This document shows positions 1 to 7,599 of a stretch of DNA of 64,000 bases, one piece after another; within the stretch, counting starts at the first letter, position 1; every line of letters starts with the position of its first letter. The stretch covers positions 66,730 through 130,729 of the forward strand of contig JBGTDX010000118.1 of NCBI GenBank assembly GCA_041748075.1, written 5' to 3'. A program made the position numbers and the translations under genes. Origin of the DNA: Thermoanaerobaculia bacterium (GTDB lineage: Bacteria; Acidobacteriota; Thermoanaerobaculia; Gp7-AA8). Below the pieces are notes generated by a model. It saw nothing but the letters and a program-made list of their open reading frames with translations. It had not been told where the DNA came from and did not search any database.

Positions 1-356
1 GCACCTCGTAGCGGCACGTCGATACCTGCGGCGATGTCGTCGTTCCGCACGCCGTCGCCATCGGTGTCGTCATAGATCGTGTAGACCCACTTCCCGTCGG
101 CCATGGTGAACTTCACGCCCGTATTGACGTCGCGGGCGATGGCTCTCGAGCGGGCGAAGTGAAGCGAGGCCGAGGCCTCCTGCGCCGCGGCGCGAAGAAC
201 GATGCTGCTCCGGACTGTCGAGAGTGCCGGGATCGACACGGCCACGAACAGCCCCATGAGCGACAGGACCACGAGAAGCTCGATGAGTGAGAAGCCGCGG
301 AAGCGGCCTCCCTCGTCAGGTGGCTTGAACAGGGAGGTGATCAGCGGTTTGTGCAT
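1..356 (-). CDS. Type IV pilin-like pseudopilin (GspH/FimT-like). The N-terminus lies inside the window and the C-terminus runs off the 5' edge.
   Basis: Reverse-complement translation from ATG about 356 reads MHKPLITSLFKPPDEGGRFRGFSLIELLVVLSLMGLFVAVSIPALSTVRSS... This has a class III prepilin signal (G|FSLIELL followed by a hydrophobic helix). The frame stays open to position 1, which is why the ORF track (it needs a stop) does not list it. It is divergent from pilD. Confidence 0.6.
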   Translation of the reverse strand, partial: MHKPLITSLFKPPDEGGRFRGFSLIELLVVLSLMGLFVAVSIPALSTVRSSIVLRAAAQEASASLHFARSRAIARDVNTGVKFTMADGKWVYTIYDDTDGDGVRNDDIAAGIDVPLRG

Positions 357-506
357 GCCGGCACGCAGTTGCAGGCGGCCGGCCTGTGGGAACGATCTCG
401 AGAACTGCTGAAAACAGGGGTGTTTACCTCCGTCGTGATCGTATGGGGCGTGTCAAAAACTCTTGCAGTGCCGCACGCCCGGCAAACGAATCTGCGAAAC
501 CGTGGT

Positions 507-530
507 TCCCCTCTCCCCGCGGGGGAGGGG
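507..530. repeat. Short GC palindrome ccctctccccgcgggggagggg (family R3), in the pilD divergent promoter region.
   Basis: Perfect inverted repeat seen directly. Related copies occur at 43646-43675 and 43841-43872. Confidence 0.6.
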
Positions 531-564
531 AAGAACCGAGCCCACGTCGTACAATCCCTGACGA

Positions 565-1368
565 ATGTCCGCACTGTTCGCCCTCTACGCCTTCGCCCTG
601 GGCGCAATCATCGGCAGCTTCCTCAACGTCGTCATCCACCGCTACCCACGCGAAGAGTCGATCGTCTTTCCGCCGAGCCGCTGCGGGTACTGTCAGGCGC
701 GCATCAAACCGTACGACAACATTCCCATCCTCAGCTATCTGATCCTCCTGGGCCGCTGCAGAAGTTGCGGCGTCGCGTTCGGCTCGAGATACGTGATGAT
801 CGAGCTGGCAAACGCGCTCTTCTACCTCGCGATCTTTTTTCACACCGGGGTTAGCCTCGCCTTCATCCCGCTCGCGGCCATCGTCTCGATGACGATCGTG
901 CTCATCTACATCGATCTCGACATCCAGATCCTCCCCGACGTCATCGATCTTCCTGGAATTCTGATCGGTCTTCTGATTGGATGGATGGGGCTCGGAACGC
1001 TCTATCCACAGCTCATCCTGGCAGTCGATCTGCTCGACTCGATCTTCGGCGCAGCATTCGGCGCCTCACTCCTCCTGGCGATCGGAATGGTGTACAAGCT
1101 TCTCCGGAAGATCGAGGGCATGGGACTCGGCGACGTGAAGATGCTCGCGATGATCGGGGCGGTCACCGGCTGGAGGGCCATCTTCCCGCTGCTGTTTCTC
1201 GCCTCGGTCGGAGGCGCGATCATCGGGTTGATCGTCGCGGCCCGGCAGCGCCACGAGAATCTTCAGTTCCCCATCCCGTTCGGGGTTTTTCTCGGTCTGG
1301 CCACGTTGGCCGTGATCTTCTTTGGAAATACACTCTTCACATGGTACGGATCACTTCTCGGCGGATGA
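565..1368 (+). CDS. pilD: Prepilin peptidase (A24 family, PilD/GspO).
   Basis: 267 aa: MSALFALYAFALGAIIGSFLNVVIHRYPREESIVFPPSRCGYCQARIKPYDNIPILSYL... with the Cys-rich zinc motif (CxxC...CxxC) and multiple TM helices typical of PilD. Confidence 0.9.
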   Translation: MSALFALYAFALGAIIGSFLNVVIHRYPREESIVFPPSRCGYCQARIKPYDNIPILSYLILLGRCRSCGVAFGSRYVMIELANALFYLAIFFHTGVSLAFIPLAAIVSMTIVLIYIDLDIQILPDVIDLPGILIGLLIGWMGLGTLYPQLILAVDLLDSIFGAAFGASLLLAIGMVYKLLRKIEGMGLGDVKMLAMIGAVTGWRAIFPLLFLASVGGAIIGLIVAARQRHENLQFPIPFGVFLGLATLAVIFFGNTLFTWYGSLLGG

Positions 1369-3044
1369 CCCCCGTAGGGTTCCGGCGGGACATCAAGTTC
1401 TTTCTCGCCTGCCTGGTGGGATTTCTCGTTTTCATCATTCTCACGCTGCTGGTCCTTCTTCAGTCCGTGACCGAGCGCGCAACCGAGCGGACTCTCGAGC
1501 AATGGCGGTTCGCGAGCGACGTTGCAGCCGCAGCCCTGAACCGCCTGCCGGAGAACGCGAATCGTTCCGAGATCGAGTCCCAGCTCATCTTCCTTCGCGG
1601 GCAGTACGACATCGCGACGATCACGCTCTTGATTCCCGGTGAGACTCAGCTCGTTTCCGGATATCCCGTCTCCGATCCGGGGTTTTCGGACATTCAGCGA
1701 ATGACCCGGCATGGCGAGGCGACGCTCAGCTTCGATCCCGGCGAGGTCATCGCCGCTCGCAGGACGTTTCTCTACACCGCCGGTATCTCCATCGCAGCAA
1801 CGATCCTCGGGACGATCCTTCTCTCGCTATACCTGCCCAGGATCGTCCGGCCGATTGAAAAAATGCTGGATGACGCGAGCGTACTCGGGGAGCGGGCGTC
1901 CGGTGTCGACGAAGCAAACTATCTGATCGACACCTTCCGCAAATCGATTCAGACGTTGAAGGATCAGGAGCACGAGCTCAAGCGACTCCACGAGCTGGAG
2001 AAGATCCGCGCGGACGATCTGCAGAGGATCACCGCGACGCTGACCCGAAGCCTGACCTCGGGGTTCATCGCAATCGACCAGCATGGGCGCGTCGTCGACA
2101 TGAACTCCGCGGCCCGCGACATCCTTCGACTGAATGAGATGCGCGATCCCGCAGGGCTCACCGTTCGCGACGCACTCGGCGAGTCCTCCTTCTCGAGGGA
2201 ACTGCAGAGCGCACTGGACGACGGCGTTCCCGTGTCACGTCAGGAAGTGACTCAGGAGGCGGGCGGCGAGACCGTCACCATCGGCCTGACTACAGTGCCC
2301 CTGACGAACGAGGAGTCGGAACTCCTCGGCGTGATCGCGCTGTTTGCAGACCTTACGCCGGTCCGCCAACTCGAGGCGCGTGTCCGCGAGATGCAGACAC
2401 TCGCAGACCTCGGTGAGATCTCCGCCGGCATCGCTCACGAGTTCCGTAACTCCCTCTCGACGATCCTCGGCTATCTCAAACTCGCCGGGCGCGAGCAATT
2501 ACCGGACGAAACGCAGAAGCGGCTCCGCCACGCGGAGGAAGAAGCGGAGCTCCTGTCCGAAGCGGTCGAAGGGCTTCTGAGCTTCGCCCGTCCGATGCAA
2601 ATGGAGTTTCGCGAAACGGATCTGGCAACGCTCGTGCGCGGCATTCTCGAGCGGTTCGAAGACCAGCACGACGGCATGGACATCGTCGCGCAACTCGAGG
2701 ATTCGAGCTTCGATGCGGATCCCATCCTGCTCTCGCGCGCCGTGGAGAACGTGATCCGCAACGCCATCGATGCGGTCCGTCAGAAAGGCGGCGGCAGGAT
2801 CACGATCACCCTCCGTTCTGATCCCGGGCCGGTGCTGACCATCGCCGATACCGGCGTCGGGTTCGAGCCCGAGGCCGCGACGCGTCTGATGCTGCCTTTC
2901 CAGTCCGACAAACCGGACGGCATGGGGCTGGGCCTCCCGCTGGCGCGGAAGATCGTGATGCTGCATGGTGGAAGTCTGCAGCTGACAGGGAAGCCTGGTG
3001 AGGGAGCGACGGTCGTGATCGAGTTTCCGGCAGGCTTCATTTAG
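1365..3044 (+). CDS. Sensor histidine kinase with two TM helices around a periplasmic segment, then PAS, HisKA and HATPase domains.
   Basis: ORF 981..3044 trimmed to the ATG at 1365, which overlaps the pilD stop as ATGA. H-box: EISAGIAHEFRNSLSTILGY. G-boxes: DTGVGF and GMGLGL. No response regulator is adjacent. Confidence 0.8.
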   Translation: MTPVGFRRDIKFFLACLVGFLVFIILTLLVLLQSVTERATERTLEQWRFASDVAAAALNRLPENANRSEIESQLIFLRGQYDIATITLLIPGETQLVSGYPVSDPGFSDIQRMTRHGEATLSFDPGEVIAARRTFLYTAGISIAATILGTILLSLYLPRIVRPIEKMLDDASVLGERASGVDEANYLIDTFRKSIQTLKDQEHELKRLHELEKIRADDLQRITATLTRSLTSGFIAIDQHGRVVDMNSAARDILRLNEMRDPAGLTVRDALGESSFSRELQSALDDGVPVSRQEVTQEAGGETVTIGLTTVPLTNEESELLGVIALFADLTPVRQLEARVREMQTLADLGEISAGIAHEFRNSLSTILGYLKLAGREQLPDETQKRLRHAEEEAELLSEAVEGLLSFARPMQMEFRETDLATLVRGILERFEDQHDGMDIVAQLEDSSFDADPILLSRAVENVIRNAIDAVRQKGGGRITITLRSDPGPVLTIADTGVGFEPEAATRLMLPFQSDKPDGMGLGLPLARKIVMLHGGSLQLTGKPGEGATVVIEFPAGFI

Positions 3045-3225
3045 GTCAAAACTCCCGCCGTCATCCCGAGCAACCTAACGGCGCGGGGCGCCGGTGAAGG
3101 GGTGATGAACCGCGCACCGGAGGTGCGCTGAGAGGGTAGCCGGTGGCAAGCGAAGCGCAGCCACCGGACAGTGAGTCCCTCTTGTACACGCACCCCGGGT
3201 AGGGGTGCCAGATCCGACCTTGTTC

Positions 3226-3256
3226 TGCCGCCCCGCCGGGGCGGAGAGCTTTTGCG
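3226..3256 (+). terminator. Candidate intrinsic terminator after the kinase gene.
   Basis: GC hairpin ccgccccgccggggcgg followed by agagcttttgcgc, a weak T-tract. Confidence 0.3.
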
Positions 3257-3457
3257 CACCGGTACCGGAGGTTCATTAGAAGGTACCACCGCCCAGAACC
3301 CTGGAACGTCGCTCCGGCCGCACATGTGTTACTTTTTCTCCCATAAACGCCATCACGACTCGACGTCGTCGCTTGCAACATGAGTTCAAACATTGACAAC
3401 AATACACTTATCTTCCACAAACTCCATGGCATCCCGACTGCAATAGAGCAGCCCCAC

Positions 3458-3991
3458 ATGAATCGTCTAATCAGGTTTCACCGCCGGGATGCCCGCGGCT
3501 TCTCCCTCCCGGAGTTGCTCGTAGTGATTGCGATCATGGGACTGATCGTCATGGTGTCCGTTCCGAATTTCATCGCCTACTTCCAGTCGAACAAGGTCAA
3601 GACGTCGTTGCGGGTATTCAACACCGACGTCCGGGCTGCGCGGCAGCGAGCGGTAACGCGGAACAGCTTCACCAGAGTCACTTTCAGAACCGGCGTGGGA
3701 GCCAATCAGTATCGAGTGTTCGAGTCGCTCGATCGCGGAGCCACATGGGCAGTTGCGCCTTACATCTCGAGGGAGCTCGAAGAGCCGGTCTACTTCGAGA
3801 GCACCGGCTTCGGCGACACGGCGCCGGCCACTCCCGACACCGCCCCCGACATCGTCTTCCGCAACGATGGCGCCGTCCAGGATCATCCCGGTGGAACAGA
3901 CGATTACGTAGTCATCCGGACGACGCACACCATTCCGAGAAACGAATTCACGATACGAATCAGTGCGGCCGGCGCCGTGAGAACTGATTAG
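3458..3991 (+). CDS. Minor pseudopilin (GspH/FimT-like).
   Basis: Prepilin signal RDARG|FSLPELLVVIAIMGLIVMVSVP. ORF track frame 3380..3991. ATG 3458 gives a 14-aa leader; the in-frame ATG 3380 would give a 40-aa leader. Confidence 0.7.
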   Translation: MNRLIRFHRRDARGFSLPELLVVIAIMGLIVMVSVPNFIAYFQSNKVKTSLRVFNTDVRAARQRAVTRNSFTRVTFRTGVGANQYRVFESLDRGATWAVAPYISRELEEPVYFESTGFGDTAPATPDTAPDIVFRNDGAVQDHPGGTDDYVVIRTTHTIPRNEFTIRISAAGAVRTD

Positions 3992-4005
3992 CCGAGGAGA
4001 TCTGT

Positions 4006-4548
4006 ATGCGCTGCATAGTTGCCAGCTCACGCGGGAGTCACAGCGAACGGGGATTCAATCTCGTCGAAGTCATCATTGCCATGGCTCTGCTGGGAACCGT
4101 CCTTCTGGGAATCCTCTCGCTGTTCTTCTTCGGTCGCAACAACGTCTACAGCGGCAAACAGATGACGCATGCAGTCTCGGTCGCTACACATGTCCTCGAA
4201 GATCTTTCAGGGCTGACGTACACCCAGATCGAAGCGGCGATGGATTTCGAGATCGGAACCGACACACTTGCGAGTCATACGGTAAACGGCGTGACGTATG
4301 CCAGCGCACTGAGAAGAACCACAGACGCTCTCGGTGAAGACGCCGATCCTCCGAACTTCCTCGACAAGTGGAAGGCCGAGCTCGATACAAAAGTGTCCGA
4401 GGGTGCTGTGGACCTGATCTTCACGCCCGATCTCAGCGACCGGGTCCTGCGCATCGACGTGATCGTCACCTGGAAGGAACCGGGAAGGATCAGTGTCGGT
4501 GGGAACAAGCGTCAGATCATCATGGAAACGGCCAAGATCCGCCACTGA
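4006..4548 (+). CDS. Minor pseudopilin (PilV/GspI-like).
   Basis: MRCIVASSRGSHSERG|FNLVEVIIAMALLGTVLLG is a prepilin N-terminal motif. A GAGGAGA Shine-Dalgarno sits 6 nt upstream. Confidence 0.7.
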   Translation: MRCIVASSRGSHSERGFNLVEVIIAMALLGTVLLGILSLFFFGRNNVYSGKQMTHAVSVATHVLEDLSGLTYTQIEAAMDFEIGTDTLASHTVNGVTYASALRRTTDALGEDADPPNFLDKWKAELDTKVSEGAVDLIFTPDLSDRVLRIDVIVTWKEPGRISVGGNKRQIIMETAKIRH

Positions 4549-4564
4549 CCAGGGAGACATTCAG

Positions 4565-7500
4565 ATGCAGCGAACAGCACGTCGTTCCGAGCGGGGATTC
4601 AGCCTCGTCGAAGTCATCGTGGCCACCGCGATTTTCGTGGTCGTCCTCGTCGCAGCGCTGATGCTCTACGACCGGAGCACGAACACGTTCAGGCGAGGGA
4701 TCGAGGCTGCCGACACCCAGCAGAACACCCGAGTGTCGTTCGACAAGCTGCTCACCGATCTCCGCATGGCGGGATTCGATTACGATCGTGATGGGTTCCC
4801 GAGTGCCGCAGCAGGCACCGTCTGGACCGCCAGCCGCGTTTACGCGGTCGGGGACATCGTCGTACCCGTAGTCGTAAACGGCTTCAATTACCGCGCGACC
4901 ATAGGCGGAACCAGTGGCGGTTCGGAGCCGACCTGGCCGACCACCATCGGAGACCTTCGCGTGGATGGCGGGGTTACCTGGGAAACCATTGCCGGCACGA
5001 GCCAGGCGCAGCAGCCCGATGAACAGATCGAATACGTCGGTCCCTCGGCCATCACCATCCGCGCGAACTTCGACTACAACATCACTCCCAACCAGGGACG
5101 CGAACCGGCACTGGAATCCGCATCCTTTCCCGTCGTAACGACCGGAAACCACGAGATCGTCACCTACGCCCTCCGCTCAGCTGACGCCTCCAAGAACATA
5201 CAATCGGTTCAGTTCTTCGCCGACGTAAACGCTTCGGGTGCTCCGAGTCGTACCGCTTATCCCGGCGGAAGTTCCGAGCGGCAGATTACGATTCCAAACG
5301 TCGACCTCACGAACGCCAACCCACCGTATACACTCCACCGTTTCACACTCGCGGAGGACGGTTCGGTGGTCTCGAGCCCTGTAGCCGAAAATATCCGCAG
5401 CCTCAATTTCTTTTACTTTCAGGACACACAGGGGCTGACTCCTCTGGAAGACCTGTCGACCACCCCGGTGGCTTTCCCGCAGGGGAGCGCCACGCTCGGC
5501 GGAAGCGGGCAGTACAATCCTGCAAGCCCGGCGACGCTGATTCCGTGGCGGACGATGCGCTCGCGAGTCCGCTCGGTTCGGGTCGAGCTTGTGGGTATGT
5601 CGAGCCAGCCCGACCCGGCTTATACCGATACAGATCCCATCGTCGCGACGCGCAACTTCAGAAAATATCGCCTCGAAACTCTCATCGTCCCGCGCAACAT
5701 CGGAAAACGTGGCCTGCGCGAGTTCGACACGATGCCTCCAGGCGCGCCCGTACTCCAGTCGGCGTGCTTCGGACACTGCAGCATCGCGAAGCTCACCTGG
5801 CAGGCTCCGTCCACGGGAGGCGCGGTCGAACAGTACGCCATTCTTTACGACACCGACCTGGTCGGAGGTTTCGCGAGCAGTTTCATCGTCAGCGCGACCA
5901 CCTTTGCGTACGTAGTGCTGCCCGACCCCGCTGCCACGTACTACTTCGCCGTCCAGGCGCTCAACGGCTACGGCGCGTCGCCGGAGTCAAACGTACTCAG
6001 CGGCATACCGCTCAACCGGACCAAGCCAGACGCAATCGATGACATCACGGTGAACACCACAGCGAGCGGCATCCAGCTCAGTTGGCAGAAGCCTGTTACC
6101 AATGACGTCGGCGGGCTGACCTGCGTGCCGAGCGGCAGCCCTTCGGAAGAAATCCCAGCCCAGGAGAATATCCGTTACCGAATCTACCGCTCGATAGGAG
6201 ATGACATGTTCACGGCAGATTCGACCACCAGGATCTGGGACGAGAACTCCACCGGCGGCAACCTGGCCTACAACCCCGGAAGCGGAACGGTCACCTTCAC
6301 CGACAGCACGGCCGCCAACTGCGTGGACTACTACTATCGGATCGAAGCCCTCGATCGATGTGGCGACGACAGCAGCCTCAATGCCTCCGGATTCACCGGC
6401 GTGTCGGACATCTTCCCAGCTGCAGGATCTCCGGGAACATTTGCCCGCAACAACCCGAGCACTCCGCCGCAGCCCATGGCGCCTTCAACGCTCCAGGTAC
6501 TTTTGCCAGCGTCTAACTGTGATGCATTCAACTGCGAAATCTATCTCGAGTGGCCACGGGTGACCCTGGACATTTCCTCGAATCCTGTGGCGGTCGACGA
6601 GTACATCATCAGGCGTCGGAGACTGCTGGCGGGCGTTTATGTCGTGGAGCCGCCCGATGATGTTCCCTCGAGCGGCCACTCGGCGACGTCAGGCCCGACC
6701 ATAAGCGTCAGGCAGGATGTTCCCGCACCGGTTGCGGGAGTGTTCGACATGTACGAATACACCGTCTTCGCAACGAACTGCTCCACCTGGAGCGATCCCT
6801 CGCTCACGGTCAGGTTCCCCTGCGCCTGGTCCGGCGGATCGCCGGTGATCACCAACCAGCCGGTAGTCGGGGTATCCGGCGCCCTGGAAGGTAATGGGGA
6901 TGCCGGCTCGCCGTTCCTGGTGTTCGGCTCGCCCTCGTTCAGCATCAGCGGCATAACAAGCACGGTTAACGTGACAGCATTCGTCTATCTGGGGGGAACC
7001 CAGATTGAAGGGCCTCTCACGAGAACCGGCCCCGGCGCGCTGCCGATCTCCACCGATCCCATTGACGATGGGACGATCTACAGCCTGTCCCTGCAGTTCG
7101 TCGATTCCGGCGGTTGCTCGGTCAACCAGACGATCTATTTCGTCGGAAGCAGCAGCAACTGCTGCCTTGCAATTGAAAGCATCACGGGAGCTGTCGCATC
7201 CAGTGCCGAAGTCACAGTCACGTTCAGAAATCAGTGCTCTGCGAACGTGGCGATGAATGCGAGTGGGGCCGTTCGCATGCAGTGGACCGATGACCGATTC
7301 CCCAATCCATCTGTCCGGCTCGGCGGCATCACCTATCCCCGCGAAGGGGGCGGAACCATTGCCGGCACCGTCGCGACGAATACGGAGGGAAGCGTCGTTT
7401 CCCATAGCGCTCCGGGAGGAGCTGACGTGACCATCGAGGCGGGAACAACGTACGAGATCAAATTCTCGTTCACTAGAGACCTGAACGTCTCGACCTCTCC

Positions 7501-7588
7501 CATTCTGGATCTCTGCATCTCGTACGGTTCTTCTCCCATTACAGTGTGCAACATCATCAACGACGGCTTCGGGACTACGTGTCCGTAA
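4565..7588 (+). CDS. Giant minor pilin/pseudopilin (about 1007 aa; PilW/GspJ position) with fibronectin-III-like domains. Putative tip adhesin.
   Basis: ORF 4493..7588 trimmed to ATG 4565: MQRTARRSERG|FSLVEVIVATAIFVVVLVAALML. Internal W...Y...YY.A.N..G.S blocks (e.g. LTWQAPSTGGAVEQYAILYD...YYFAVQALNGYGAS and LSWQKPVTND...YYYRIEALDRCGD) look like FN3 domains. Confidence 0.7.
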   Translation: MQRTARRSERGFSLVEVIVATAIFVVVLVAALMLYDRSTNTFRRGIEAADTQQNTRVSFDKLLTDLRMAGFDYDRDGFPSAAAGTVWTASRVYAVGDIVVPVVVNGFNYRATIGGTSGGSEPTWPTTIGDLRVDGGVTWETIAGTSQAQQPDEQIEYVGPSAITIRANFDYNITPNQGREPALESASFPVVTTGNHEIVTYALRSADASKNIQSVQFFADVNASGAPSRTAYPGGSSERQITIPNVDLTNANPPYTLHRFTLAEDGSVVSSPVAENIRSLNFFYFQDTQGLTPLEDLSTTPVAFPQGSATLGGSGQYNPASPATLIPWRTMRSRVRSVRVELVGMSSQPDPAYTDTDPIVATRNFRKYRLETLIVPRNIGKRGLREFDTMPPGAPVLQSACFGHCSIAKLTWQAPSTGGAVEQYAILYDTDLVGGFASSFIVSATTFAYVVLPDPAATYYFAVQALNGYGASPESNVLSGIPLNRTKPDAIDDITVNTTASGIQLSWQKPVTNDVGGLTCVPSGSPSEEIPAQENIRYRIYRSIGDDMFTADSTTRIWDENSTGGNLAYNPGSGTVTFTDSTAANCVDYYYRIEALDRCGDDSSLNASGFTGVSDIFPAAGSPGTFARNNPSTPPQPMAPSTLQVLLPASNCDAFNCEIYLEWPRVTLDISSNPVAVDEYIIRRRRLLAGVYVVEPPDDVPSSGHSATSGPTISVRQDVPAPVAGVFDMYEYTVFATNCSTWSDPSLTVRFPCAWSGGSPVITNQPVVGVSGALEGNGDAGSPFLVFGSPSFSISGITSTVNVTAFVYLGGTQIEGPLTRTGPGALPISTDPIDDGTIYSLSLQFVDSGGCSVNQTIYFVGSSSNCCLAIESITGAVASSAEVTVTFRNQCSANVAMNASGAVRMQWTDDRFPNPSVRLGGITYPREGGGTIAGTVATNTEGSVVSHSAPGGADVTIEAGTTYEIKFSFTRDLNVSTSPILDLCISYGSSPITVCNIINDGFGTTCP

Positions 7589-7599
7589 GGAATGAAATC

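Noticed and set aside
981-1364. N-terminal 128-aa extension of the histidine-kinase ORF (track ORF 981..3044)
   Set aside because: It overlaps pilD in another frame and is Arg/Gly-rich with no features. ATG 1365, overlapping the pilD stop (ATGA), begins directly at the first TM helix.
3045-3360. RNase P RNA-like strings (GGTGAAGGGGTG...GCGCACC, GGGTAGGGGTGCCAG) in the kinase-pseudopilin intergenic region
   Set aside because: The blocks occur in the wrong order relative to bacterial RNase P RNA. The P4 helix sequences (GGAAAGUCCGGGCUCC / ACAGAACCCGGCUUA) are absent on either strand. Part of the similarity is the shared repeat element also found at 58483-58540.
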